Virus record (IMG/VR): IMGVR_UViG_3300023180_000213
Location: 1 to 33,097 of that record
Source of the DNA: a virus
Taxonomy: Duplodnaviria; Caudoviricetes
Length of the DNA: 33,097 nucleotides
Direction: 5' to 3' (one strand)
Shown here: one piece after another, positions 9,136 through 17,782 of the stretch
How positions within the stretch are numbered: the first letter of the stretch is position 1
Layout: each line of letters opens with the position of its first letter
The notes under the pieces: model-generated
Databases searched by the model: none
Seen by the model: only the letters and a program-made list of their open reading frames with translations
What the model was told of the DNA's origin: nothing
Translations under genes and position numbers: made by a program

Positions 9136-9594
9136 ATGACCACCCAGGTACAATTTAGAAGAGGTACTACTGCTGAACACGCTCTGTTTACTGGAGCGCA
9201 AGGTGAATTAACTATTGATACCGACAAGAATATGGCTGTCATTCATGACGGTTCTACGACTGGAGGTTTTGATGTATTTCGTGCAAGATGGGAACGAATT
9301 AATTCAAGTGTATTGCTTGGAACTAATTTACGTTACTTGGTTGATACATCATCAAATGCAGTTACTTTGACCTTACCATATTATAATAATGGACTTGTTC
9401 CTAAACCAGGAGACACAATTGAATTTGTGGACTCCGCATTTACATGGCATATAAATAATGTTACTGTAACAGATCCCACTGGAAGACAGTTTCAGAATGA
9501 AGAAAATGTGATTGATTCTCCTTTGGTGTTCGACGTAAAAGGTGCCAAAGTTCAATTAATCTGGGAAGGAGTTTACTGGAGAGTAGTCGTATGA
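9136..9594 (+). CDS. structural protein with Mtd-N-like N-terminal domain and fibre-connector domain
   Basis: QVQFRRGTTAEH..FTGAQGELTIDTDK...IHDGST.GG resembles the major tropism determinant N-terminal domain. VDTSSNAVTLTLP...GDTIEFVD is a fibre-attachment-like domain. Confidence 0.75.
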   Translation: MTTQVQFRRGTTAEHALFTGAQGELTIDTDKNMAVIHDGSTTGGFDVFRARWERINSSVLLGTNLRYLVDTSSNAVTLTLPYYNNGLVPKPGDTIEFVDSAFTWHINNVTVTDPTGRQFQNEENVIDSPLVFDVKGAKVQLIWEGVYWRVVV

Positions 9595-9983
9595 CAATGT
9601 TCTTAAGCGATTTTTATCGCGCTTCAGATACAGTTACAACAAGTGGCGGGTCTTCTGACGATCTCGGTAACGACTTTTTTATTCATGCTCTTAATAGAGA
9701 TGAAAAAGGTATGCTTCACTATACCAAAATTAGATCTATCGATCCAACTGAAATCGCTGATTTCACTAGAAAAGATGGTACACCATACCTGGATATCGCA
9801 ACTGGTCTCTACGATTATGTAGAGGAAACTACTGAAGTAAAATCTTTATATAATAGTCCCCAAGATCGATACCAACAATTCAGGTTCGACGATAGAAAAC
9901 TATCTTATTTCATTGACGATGACGGATTCTTCGTTATTCGTTTCAATGAAGAATATGATTATACCACCGAAGGTCCCAAGTAA
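9591..9983 (+). CDS. hypothetical protein, probably virion-associated
   Basis: 130-aa ORF with ATGA coupling; C-terminal YQQFRFD...YFIDDDGFFVIR.NE.Y.Y. Confidence 0.7.
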   Translation: MTMFLSDFYRASDTVTTSGGSSDDLGNDFFIHALNRDEKGMLHYTKIRSIDPTEIADFTRKDGTPYLDIATGLYDYVEETTEVKSLYNSPQDRYQQFRFDDRKLSYFIDDDGFFVIRFNEEYDYTTEGPK

Positions 9984-9998
9984 GGAAAGTAAACAACA

Positions 9999-12900
9999 AT
10001 GGCTGATTTCAGATTAGGCAGACTAAAATTTAATTGGACTGGTGACTGGACAGTCGCCACCGATTACGTCATTGACGATATCGTCAAGTTTGGCGCAAAT
10101 ACTTATGTTGCCAAGACAAACCACACTTCGTCTTCTAATGAGACTATGTGGTATTCCCAAGACGCACAGTATTGGGATCTGCATACCGAAAGCATCGAGA
10201 ACAAAGGTGATTGGGCCACTGCAACATTCTATAAATTAAACGATATTGTCAAGTATGGCAATAGCGTATACAGAGTAACTGTAGCGCATACCTCTGGCAA
10301 CGAATTCGTCGATGACGAGACCAAGTTTGAACTGTTTGTTGCTGGTCTAGTATTTGAAGATACTTACGACGGTGCTACTACATACCAACCAGGAGACGTT
10401 GTATCCTACGGTGGTTACACCTACGTTGCAACTACTATCCATTCAGGATCTGCACCCAACGAACTAGTTAACTGGGAGATTCTTACTACTGGATTTAAAG
10501 TAAAAGGTACTTGGGACGTTGCAACAACTTACGTTCAAGGTGATGTTGTACTTCTTGGTGGTAATTCTTACGTATCGAAGACCACTAATGTTGGCGCAAA
10601 CCCAGGATCTAGTTCTTCTGATTGGGACTTCATTGTTGGTGGATTTACTTGGCAGGGCATTTGGGACGTTGCAACAACTTACTTTGCTGGTGATGCTGTT
10701 GTACGTAACAGTAACTCCTACATTGCAGTTGCAGAATCTACTGGCGAAGAACCAGAAACTGATGCTACTGGAACATACTGGAACACCTTGGCAGAAGGTG
10801 CCCAGGCTAACGTTCTAACTCAAACTGGCGATATCCTATATCGTGCTGGTGCGGGTGCTGCAAGACTGCCTATCGGAAATAATGGTCAGGTTCTTGCTGT
10901 CTCTCCATCTGGCGTTCCCCAGTGGGAAAACAACAACGTAACCGATCCTGTCTACTACGTTACCGAAGAAGGTAGTGACACAAACTCTGGTGAAAACATT
11001 TCCAGATCGTTTGCTTCACTCAACTACGCAGTAAGTCAAGTTACAGGTCCTGCTACTATCTACGTTAAGGCAGGTACTTACTTCGAGACTCTACCTATTA
11101 TTGTTCCTGATTATGTCTCCATTGTTGGTGACAACATGAGAACATCAACTATTAAACCTGATGCAGGTAATAATAGTAACGTTCTAGAACTAACCCTAGC
11201 AGGAACTGTTGGTGATGAGTATAAAGTTGATGGTTTGGTAGTCAGCAACGGTGCTGGAACCAAGACTGCTTATGCTCTTCACAGCAAACTGGTCGGTGGT
11301 AACGATGTTATCCAAATTCTACCACTCACTGGTGGTGATTGGGATACTGGAGATACTTTTGAAGCAGGAGCATCTGATTCTCCAATTACTGCAGTAGATA
11401 ATGTTCTTAACGAACATGCCACCATGTTCTACATGTCCAACAAGTCCATGCTGAAGGACCTTGTTATGGACGGCATGGAAGGTTTCGTTCCTTCTACTTC
11501 TGATCCAAAGGATCTAAACACCGCAACAATCAAGGGTGTATTCCTCCGCTTGTGGCCTAACTCCCCAACAACCAAGTCACCTTATATCTCACAGTGTTCT
11601 GCATTCTCACAGACTGGTGTAGGTGCTATTGTTGATGGTCATGTTCACAAGAAGTGGGAAGGAACTCCAACTCCATCGAACAAGTCGATGCTGTTTGACT
11701 CCTTCACCCAGATTCATGAAAGCAATGGTGTTGGTTTCTGGTTGACAAACAACGGAAACTCCGAGATTGTATCTTGCTTCACTTACTACGCGCACATTTC
11801 TTACTGTGCTTCTAATGGTGGTAACATTAGATCTCTGGCAGGTAACTCCTCTTGGGGCAACTATGGTATTGTATCTTCTGGATTCAACGCAGACGAAGTT
11901 ACCACGGACGGTAGAATTGACGGCGAAGAACTGAACTATCAGGCAGAGACTCTATCCGATGTCTTCATTGTTGGTGAAAGAATCGAAGGTTTCACCTCTG
12001 GTGCAGTCGCAGAAGTTCTTTCACTACAGGTTGGTGTTGCGAAGATTCTAATCAGACCTCTGAAAGGAACTTTCATCGCTAACGAAACTATCACTGGTGC
12101 AGACTCTGCTTCTACTGCAATTTTGGATACGGCAGCAACTTATCAAGATGGACAGAAAGGATTCACTCTTATTGTTAGAGACCTTGCTGCAGCACCGAAG
12201 CCTGGCGGTTCGATTGAATTCATCACTGGAGCTGGTGGAGAAGGTGCTGACATCTTCACTTATGTTATCTCCAACTCTTCTTATAAAGTTCCCGATGGTA
12301 AGGGCGATTTGACTGTTACCAGAGGCGCTCTAGGAACTAGTGCTGTTGCTCACGATGGTCTATCTGATATTGTTAGATATACTGTATCGGGTCAAACAAC
12401 TCTAACTGCTGCTCCAAACGCAACTATTAATGAATTCCAAGTTACCAGCATTTCTGGTATGGTGAATGGTGGTTATCTGATCGTTGATAACGAGATGGTA
12501 GAGATTACAGGATTCCCTGGACCAACTACCGTTGCTGTATCTAGAGGTGTACAAACTACAACCGCAGCACCACATAACGCAGGTGCAGTTACAACTATCA
12601 TCACTGCTTACAACCCAGCACAAACCGAGAACATCGGTGACCTTGATAACTCACAAACTTCTATTCGTGTATTCGCTGAAGACAATATTACTAGTGGCGA
12701 CTATATTAGAATTGATAACGAGTTTATGCTTGTTTCCGATTCTGTAGAAGATCCTAACGGACAGGTAACTCTGGTTCTTGCCGAAGAGAAGCCCAATCCT
12801 TCTTACGATGGCCAGAGCTTCAGGATTAGATATCTGTATTCGCAGGTTAGACTGACTGGTCACGACTTCCTGAACATTGGTACAGGAACCAAAACACAGA

Positions 12901-13271
12901 CGAACTTCCCAGGTCTACCTATCCAATCACCTGCTCCAGGTAATGAGGTTACCGAGAACTTCCCAGGTCGTGTTTACTATGTTTCTACTGACCAAGATGG
13001 CAACTTCTCGGTTGGTAAGTATTTCCGAGTTAACCAGTCAACTGGTAGCACAACTCTGAACGCTTCGTCCTTCGACCTGTCTGGTCTGACCTCACTACAA
13101 CTGGGTTCGATTGGTGGTCAAATTGGTGAGTCAATTAATGAATTCTCTTCTGATGGAACTCTGTCTTCCGACAGTAATCAGAAGGTCCCAACTGAATCGG
13201 CAGTCAAGACTTACGTCGATACTGAACTAACCAATCTCAAGGGTTATATTTTCTGGGCAGGCGGTATTTGA
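9999..13271 (+). CDS. tail fibre or spike with CBM5/12-like repeats and a pectin-lyase-like beta-helix
   Basis: About 6 W...T.Y..GD.V.YGG..Y repeats. YYVTEEGSDTNSG...IYVKAGTY.E.LPI.VP..VSIVGD is a beta-helix cap. C-terminal VPTESAVKTYVD motif. Confidence 0.8.
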   Translation: MADFRLGRLKFNWTGDWTVATDYVIDDIVKFGANTYVAKTNHTSSSNETMWYSQDAQYWDLHTESIENKGDWATATFYKLNDIVKYGNSVYRVTVAHTSGNEFVDDETKFELFVAGLVFEDTYDGATTYQPGDVVSYGGYTYVATTIHSGSAPNELVNWEILTTGFKVKGTWDVATTYVQGDVVLLGGNSYVSKTTNVGANPGSSSSDWDFIVGGFTWQGIWDVATTYFAGDAVVRNSNSYIAVAESTGEEPETDATGTYWNTLAEGAQANVLTQTGDILYRAGAGAARLPIGNNGQVLAVSPSGVPQWENNNVTDPVYYVTEEGSDTNSGENISRSFASLNYAVSQVTGPATIYVKAGTYFETLPIIVPDYVSIVGDNMRTSTIKPDAGNNSNVLELTLAGTVGDEYKVDGLVVSNGAGTKTAYALHSKLVGGNDVIQILPLTGGDWDTGDTFEAGASDSPITAVDNVLNEHATMFYMSNKSMLKDLVMDGMEGFVPSTSDPKDLNTATIKGVFLRLWPNSPTTKSPYISQCSAFSQTGVGAIVDGHVHKKWEGTPTPSNKSMLFDSFTQIHESNGVGFWLTNNGNSEIVSCFTYYAHISYCASNGGNIRSLAGNSSWGNYGIVSSGFNADEVTTDGRIDGEELNYQAETLSDVFIVGERIEGFTSGAVAEVLSLQVGVAKILIRPLKGTFIANETITGADSASTAILDTAATYQDGQKGFTLIVRDLAAAPKPGGSIEFITGAGGEGADIFTYVISNSSYKVPDGKGDLTVTRGALGTSAVAHDGLSDIVRYTVSGQTTLTAAPNATINEFQVTSISGMVNGGYLIVDNEMVEITGFPGPTTVAVSRGVQTTTAAPHNAGAVTTIITAYNPAQTENIGDLDNSQTSIRVFAEDNITSGDYIRIDNEFMLVSDSVEDPNGQVTLVLAEEKPNPSYDGQSFRIRYLYSQVRLTGHDFLNIGTGTKTQTNFPGLPIQSPAPGNEVTENFPGRVYYVSTDQDGNFSVGKYFRVNQSTGSTTLNASSFDLSGLTSLQLGSIGGQIGESINEFSSDGTLSSDSNQKVPTESAVKTYVDTELTNLKGYIFWAGGI

Positions 13272-13283
13272 TATCCGTTTTAT

Positions 13284-13307
13284 AGGGGTGGATATACCAC
13301 CCCTTTT
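13284..13307 (+). terminator. rho-independent terminator
   Basis: AGGGGTGG-ATATA-CCACCCCT followed by TTT. Confidence 0.85.
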
Positions 13308-13314
13308 ATAAATA
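13307..13314 (+). promoter_or_regulatory. late promoter TATAAATA
   Basis: Perfect consensus sharing the last T of the terminator U-tract; AAGGAG RBS before ATG 13357. Confidence 0.85.
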
Positions 13315-13356
13315 AGTAAAGAATAATTATCAAGATTTTTTAAAGGAGAACGTTAC

Positions 13357-13677
13357 ATGGCTTCTGGAGTCCTAGGGCAACAAGCTCTGAATGCTACTAC
13401 TAACACTACGGTGTATACTACGCCTGCAGACACAGTAGCATACGCAAATATCAACGTTGTTAATATCAACGCAACCCCCGTTTTTGTAAGAGTTGCTCTT
13501 GCTGTTGGCGCAACACCTCTCGCAGCAGAGTATATTGAATACGAAGCAGAAATTGCTGGGTATGGTGTTCTTGAAAGAACAGGTGTTGTTCTTAACGCAG
13601 CAAAAAGAGTTGTAGCATACTCTAGTGCGGCAAACGTAAGTGTTGCTGTGTATGGTGTTGAAGAATCAACTGTTTGA
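13357..13677 (+). CDS. small virion structural protein (beta-sandwich)
   Basis: 106 aa, TTVYTTP...INVVN.....VRVAL...YIEY...LERTGVVL pattern, strong RBS. Confidence 0.75.
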   Translation: MASGVLGQQALNATTNTTVYTTPADTVAYANINVVNINATPVFVRVALAVGATPLAAEYIEYEAEIAGYGVLERTGVVLNAAKRVVAYSSAANVSVAVYGVEESTV

Positions 13678-13683
13678 TAAATA
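13676..13683 (+). promoter_or_regulatory. late promoter GATAAATA
   Basis: NATAAATA overlapping the upstream stop codon, followed by an AAGGAG RBS. Confidence 0.65.
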
Positions 13684-13709
13684 ACAAATATAAAGGAGCA
13701 TAAAAACCA

Positions 13710-14036
13710 ATGGGACGTTCTATTACGGCACCTACAGAATCTAGAGCTACTGTAGGTGTTAATTCTAACCACCAAGCATCTTCAGGAGAAATCCTATTGC
13801 TTGATACAACAGGTGGATCTGTTATAACTGTTACTCTTCCTGCAACCCCAAGAGTAGGTGACCGATTAAACTTCATCGACGCTGCTGGTAATGCTGGTGC
13901 AGTAAAAGTTACTGTTGCGAGAAACGGTCATAAGATCGCTAACATCGAAGACGATCTTGATATCGACATCAAGAACACATCACTCGAACTTTACTACACT
14001 GGAACCAGTTACGGTTGGTCGATTCTTTCTAACTGA
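13710..14036 (+). CDS. tail fibre connector or adaptor-like protein
   Basis: LDTTGG..TVTLPA.P..GD...FID......VTV.RNG..I...ELYY....GW; similar to the C-terminal domain of 9136..9594. Confidence 0.7.
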   Translation: MGRSITAPTESRATVGVNSNHQASSGEILLLDTTGGSVITVTLPATPRVGDRLNFIDAAGNAGAVKVTVARNGHKIANIEDDLDIDIKNTSLELYYTGTSYGWSILSN

Positions 14037-14064
14037 TTCACACGAATAGAGGAGGAATAGACAA

Positions 14065-15051
14065 ATGTCAAGTTTAAGAGATCTATTAGACTACGCAGAT
14101 ACTAATGATCTGCCACCAATTACAGCGTTTGGCCAACCAGGGGTCATGTTTACCTTTAGAGGTATGTCATGTGCTCAAGGTAGTGCCAATGATAGTTATG
14201 AAAGTCAGCGTATGTGCTGGTGTGTTCCACCTCTAGATGCGTGTCGTCTACGTATCGAGATCTGGGGCGGCGGTGGAATGGGATCTGGTCCCCGTTGTAA
14301 CTCCAGAGGAGTCCCTGGTTATTCGGGAGAGTATAACAGCAGAATTATTTGTGCTGATGAAATCTCTCAAAACAATTTTAATGGTCAGTGCTATGTAATG
14401 TGCGCTGGTATGGCAAACTGCTGTGCTAACTGCTCGGGTGGTTGCATGGGTTGTAAGAGTTTCGTTCAAGGCCCTGGTCTTCCAGGTAACTTCTGTGCAG
14501 AAGGCGGATATGGTGGTAAGTACGAAGGTATTTGCTGCGCTTTCAATAACCCTGCATATGCTTGTGTAACTAAAATCGGTAACAACTGCTGCTCTAACTG
14601 TGGTTGTACTCCTGCTTACTGCTGCTGGCACGAAACAGTTTGTGCTCCATTCAACAAAGAAGATAGAAAACAATACGAAGAAAAGGGTACATGCTACAAC
14701 GGCATTACTGCTTCTTACATTCAGTCAGACTGCTGCTGTCGCGGTAGACACGGCAAGAAATCATACACCCCAATGCCTGGTGGTCAAATCGGAAGATTTG
14801 GAGCGTACATGGTATTCGGCGCTCACTGTACCGAATGTACAGGTTCCTGCTGGTGGTGTATGGAGAACGACAGAGCAAATAACTCTGGTGGTATCTTCCC
14901 TGGTCTTGGTTCTTCCTCCTGTAGTTGGGGCGGACCTCCTGGAATGGGCGGCGGCACTGGCGACCTTGGTTGCTGCTATAACTGCTTCTGCGGTGGCACA
15001 GGCGCTACTGGCGCTGTTAGATTCACACTATACCTACCAGGAGAGGTTTGA
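14065..15051 (+). CDS. Gly/Cys-rich fibre-tip or adhesin-like protein, paralog 1
   Basis: IEIWGGGG, NFCAEGGYGG and G..GAVRF glycine-rich domain motifs; 37 Cys in 328 aa by my count; GAGGAGG RBS. Confidence 0.8.
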   Translation: MSSLRDLLDYADTNDLPPITAFGQPGVMFTFRGMSCAQGSANDSYESQRMCWCVPPLDACRLRIEIWGGGGMGSGPRCNSRGVPGYSGEYNSRIICADEISQNNFNGQCYVMCAGMANCCANCSGGCMGCKSFVQGPGLPGNFCAEGGYGGKYEGICCAFNNPAYACVTKIGNNCCSNCGCTPAYCCWHETVCAPFNKEDRKQYEEKGTCYNGITASYIQSDCCCRGRHGKKSYTPMPGGQIGRFGAYMVFGAHCTECTGSCWWCMENDRANNSGGIFPGLGSSSCSWGGPPGMGGGTGDLGCCYNCFCGGTGATGAVRFTLYLPGEV

Positions 15052-15054
15052 TCG

Positions 15055-15981
15055 ATGGCTGGAATTAGAAACTTATTAGGAAAAGAATTCAAGTCGTCGG
15101 TCTCGGCGCTTGGAACAACTGTAGAACCGATCCATGACGGTAAAGTCTGGATCTACATGGACATGCAGAGATCATGCTGCTGTCAATGTGCAAACACTAA
15201 CTGCATCTGCCGTTGGTGTGTCCCATGTGGCGTTACAAAGGTAACGTTCGAGATCTGGGGTGGCGGTGGTGGCGGCGCTGGCGCTTGCTGCTGCATGAGC
15301 GGCATTCCTGGCACCACTGGTGCTTATTCACGTAAGACCCTAACCTACCCAGATATTGAGGGTGGTTACTGCTATTCTATGTGCGTTGCAACTGCAACTA
15401 GCAACACAAACAGCTTCCGTGGTGTTAGAGGATGTACAACTTACATCACTGGACCTGGACTATCTAACTTCTGTGCAGAAGGTGGATATGGTGGTTGCTC
15501 ATGCTGTGGTATTTGGTCTACCACTGCAAACTATTCTCAAGACTGTATTACCTTCGCATCTGCAGGTGGTGATCCATCAGCAGGAGATTGCTTGGGTTAT
15601 GGTCCCCCAGCATATGGTGGAGATGAGAATATTAGAGGAAGATCTGGATGGATTAGAGCTCAATGTCAGTCTAACTGTGCTGTCAAGGCAATGCTTCCTT
15701 ATCCTCCAAGACTTATTGACCATAGTGGAGGATGGACAACTACTCATTATTGCACATGTGCTACTTGTGGCGAGCAAAACCACTGCTTCTTCAACCATCC
15801 ATGGGCGGGTGATCCCTGGTGCTATTCTTCAGGTATCCCTGGATTTGGTAACGCATCTGGTATTACATGTTCGTCCTCCTGTGTATGTGGAACTCCAGGT
15901 TCTGGCGGTATGATCCGTATCACATATTGCTCCTGCTGGATGGGTGTCAATGAAAACTGTTCTCTACATATGTGTAACTAA
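15055..15981 (+). CDS. Gly/Cys-rich fibre-tip or adhesin-like protein, paralog 2
   Basis: FEIWGGGGGG, GCTTYITG.GL.NFCAEGG and GGMIRITY; 34 Cys in 308 aa by my count. Confidence 0.8.
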   Translation: MAGIRNLLGKEFKSSVSALGTTVEPIHDGKVWIYMDMQRSCCCQCANTNCICRWCVPCGVTKVTFEIWGGGGGGAGACCCMSGIPGTTGAYSRKTLTYPDIEGGYCYSMCVATATSNTNSFRGVRGCTTYITGPGLSNFCAEGGYGGCSCCGIWSTTANYSQDCITFASAGGDPSAGDCLGYGPPAYGGDENIRGRSGWIRAQCQSNCAVKAMLPYPPRLIDHSGGWTTTHYCTCATCGEQNHCFFNHPWAGDPWCYSSGIPGFGNASGITCSSSCVCGTPGSGGMIRITYCSCWMGVNENCSLHMCN

Positions 15982-15995
15982 TAGGATAAACGACA

Positions 15996-16898
15996 ATGGC
16001 TTTTAACTTACGAGATCTATTGGGGACTGTCACGTCAGATTCCGCTAGCGGTGGATATGATGCAGATACTCTGCTCCCCTCTTATCCTCTAGAGGGATAT
16101 AATGTTCAGTACATCGGTCCTGGACAATATATGATGCAGGGTAATGATGAACCCCTAGGTGCTAGAGATAACTATCACTACACATATTATCCTAACTGGA
16201 CTATTCCTGCTGGCGCTACCGACGTTCTCTTTGAGATCTGGGGTGGGGGCGGTGGAGGCGCTGTATCCTGCTGTTGCTCTCACGGTCCTGGTGGCGGTGC
16301 TGGCGCATATGCATACAAGAGATTGCAAGGAGCAGATGTTGTTGCTGGTTGCCAGTATCAACTTTGCGTAGCAACCTCAACCTGCAGAACAGCGTCCAAG
16401 CAAGGTCGTAGAGGATGTACAACTTACATCACTGGTAACGGTCTAACCAACTTCTGTGCAGAAGGTGGTCATGGTGGTTGTAATTTCTGTCAGATTCAGG
16501 GATGTACTTGGTTGACTCCAAGAAGAAATGAAAGTTCCTGCCAGTATGGTTGCTGTGCAGTTTTCTATGGCGCTGATGGTGGTTCTATTGGACTACCTGG
16601 AGCATACTATGCAATCTGTTATGGTAACAGATGCCACAACAAGTTCTTCTTCCCATACCCTGGTGGTCTCGTAAGCTCCAAGGGTGGATACGTTACAGAT
16701 AGACATCGTTGTGGACATTGCAACTGCCACTACTGTGAGTGGTGTAAAGCAAAGAATACGGTTGGATTTGGTCAGGGTAACTGGTGCCATACCAACGGTG
16801 TTCCTGGTATGGGTGGTGTCACTGCATCTACTTGCTGCAACGGACCCATCTGTGGATCTGGCGGTAACGGTGGTCTAATCAGAATCAGCTACAAGTGA
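15996..16898 (+). CDS. Gly/Cys-rich fibre-tip or adhesin-like protein, paralog 3
   Basis: FEIWGGGGGG, GCTTYITG.GL.NFCAEGG and GGLIRISY; 25 Cys in 300 aa by my count. Confidence 0.8.
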   Translation: MAFNLRDLLGTVTSDSASGGYDADTLLPSYPLEGYNVQYIGPGQYMMQGNDEPLGARDNYHYTYYPNWTIPAGATDVLFEIWGGGGGGAVSCCCSHGPGGGAGAYAYKRLQGADVVAGCQYQLCVATSTCRTASKQGRRGCTTYITGNGLTNFCAEGGHGGCNFCQIQGCTWLTPRRNESSCQYGCCAVFYGADGGSIGLPGAYYAICYGNRCHNKFFFPYPGGLVSSKGGYVTDRHRCGHCNCHYCEWCKAKNTVGFGQGNWCHTNGVPGMGGVTASTCCNGPICGSGGNGGLIRISYK

Positions 16899-16936
16899 TA
16901 CGGTAATCCGAAAATTGTTCAATTTATCCCAAATTC

Positions 16937-16944
16937 TATAAATA
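16937..16944 (+). promoter_or_regulatory. late promoter TATAAATA
   Basis: Perfect consensus, intergenic. Confidence 0.85.
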
Positions 16945-16971
16945 CATTTATTCAAGGAAAGTACAAACGTC

Positions 16972-17700
16972 ATGGCACAAATCACTAAAGCATACACTTA
17001 TAAGTTGCCCGACACTTATTATGGGACAACTGCTGTAGAAGGCAAAACTGCCACTGCAATGTATAAAGGGGACGCAAAAGGATATGTCTTTGTAGGTGCC
17101 GAAGACGGCGTTCTTCATCCCGACGAAGGATTCCATTATTGGAATGGAACCCAGGAAGAAAAAGACAATGCATCCATTAGAGCAGGTCTATCCAGAAGAG
17201 CAATCTTCTTGGACGTTGCTACGAGCAATGATGACACTATCATCGCTGCTATCTGCAATAATCAGGATGTTACTGCTGATGATTGGGCAACGGTTTCTTA
17301 CACCCTAGATGGCGAGACCGAACCTTATCACACAGATCCAGATCCCCTTCCTTTCAACGATGTATATGATATCCACAATGATGGCATCGTCTATGATTTT
17401 GAAACCGAAAGTTGGAAGATTGACGAGATTCCTTTTGCTACATGCATCTCTATGGAAAGACATAGAGAAATGAGAGATCAGTTGATCATTGACGCTCAAA
17501 CCTATATCACAGAACCTGACAATGAAGTAACTGAAGAGCAAACAACTGCTATCAATGCATACATCACTGAACTTCAAAATCTCTATACAAGATTTGAAGG
17601 TGTTCATCAGATGAGAATTCCTTTCCCATCATGGCCTCTAGATGATCCTGGTCCTGACGAAGAGCAGGCAGTTGCAGGTGCTGATGTAGGTCCTGGTTGA
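16972..17700 (+). CDS. putative tail fibre assembly chaperone
   Basis: Acidic 242-aa protein. C-terminal R..RDQLI...AY..EL.NL....PFPSWP resembles Tfa-type chaperones, and the gene lies directly after the fibre-tip genes. Confidence 0.6.
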   Translation: MAQITKAYTYKLPDTYYGTTAVEGKTATAMYKGDAKGYVFVGAEDGVLHPDEGFHYWNGTQEEKDNASIRAGLSRRAIFLDVATSNDDTIIAAICNNQDVTADDWATVSYTLDGETEPYHTDPDPLPFNDVYDIHNDGIVYDFETESWKIDEIPFATCISMERHREMRDQLIIDAQTYITEPDNEVTEEQTTAINAYITELQNLYTRFEGVHQMRIPFPSWPLDDPGPDEEQAVAGADVGPG

Positions 17701-17716
17701 TAACCAAAGAATCCAG

Positions 17717-17740
17717 AAGGGGCGGGACCGCCCCTTTTTT
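17717..17740 (+). terminator. rho-independent terminator
   Basis: GGGGCG-GGAC-CGCCCC followed by TTTTTT. Confidence 0.9.
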
Positions 17741-17744
17741 CATG

Positions 17745-17752
17745 CCTAAATA
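17745..17752 (+). promoter_or_regulatory. variant late promoter CCTAAATA
   Basis: TAAATA core immediately after the terminator, 30 nt before ATG 17783; same layout as at 13307. Confidence 0.55.
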
Positions 17753-17782
17753 AAGGTACTTAAATCATTAGAGATTGATTTT

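Noticed and set aside
9450-9457. Intragenic TATAAATA (also AATAAATA at 24294-24301)
   Set aside because: These could be internal late promoters, but such 8-mers arise by chance in AT-rich coding DNA and have no independent support.
9136-16898. Possible diversity-generating retroelement, suggested by the Mtd-N-like domain and repeats among the fibre-tip genes
   Set aside because: No reverse transcriptase gene and no ~100-bp template/variable repeat pair differing at adenines; the repeats are short in-frame coding blocks.
14065-16898. Cys-rich ORFs as RiPP precursors or selenoproteins
   Set aside because: They are ~300-aa proteins with a fibre-type Gly-rich domain, have no leader/core layout or in-frame TGA, and no radical SAM, protease or exporter gene lies nearby.
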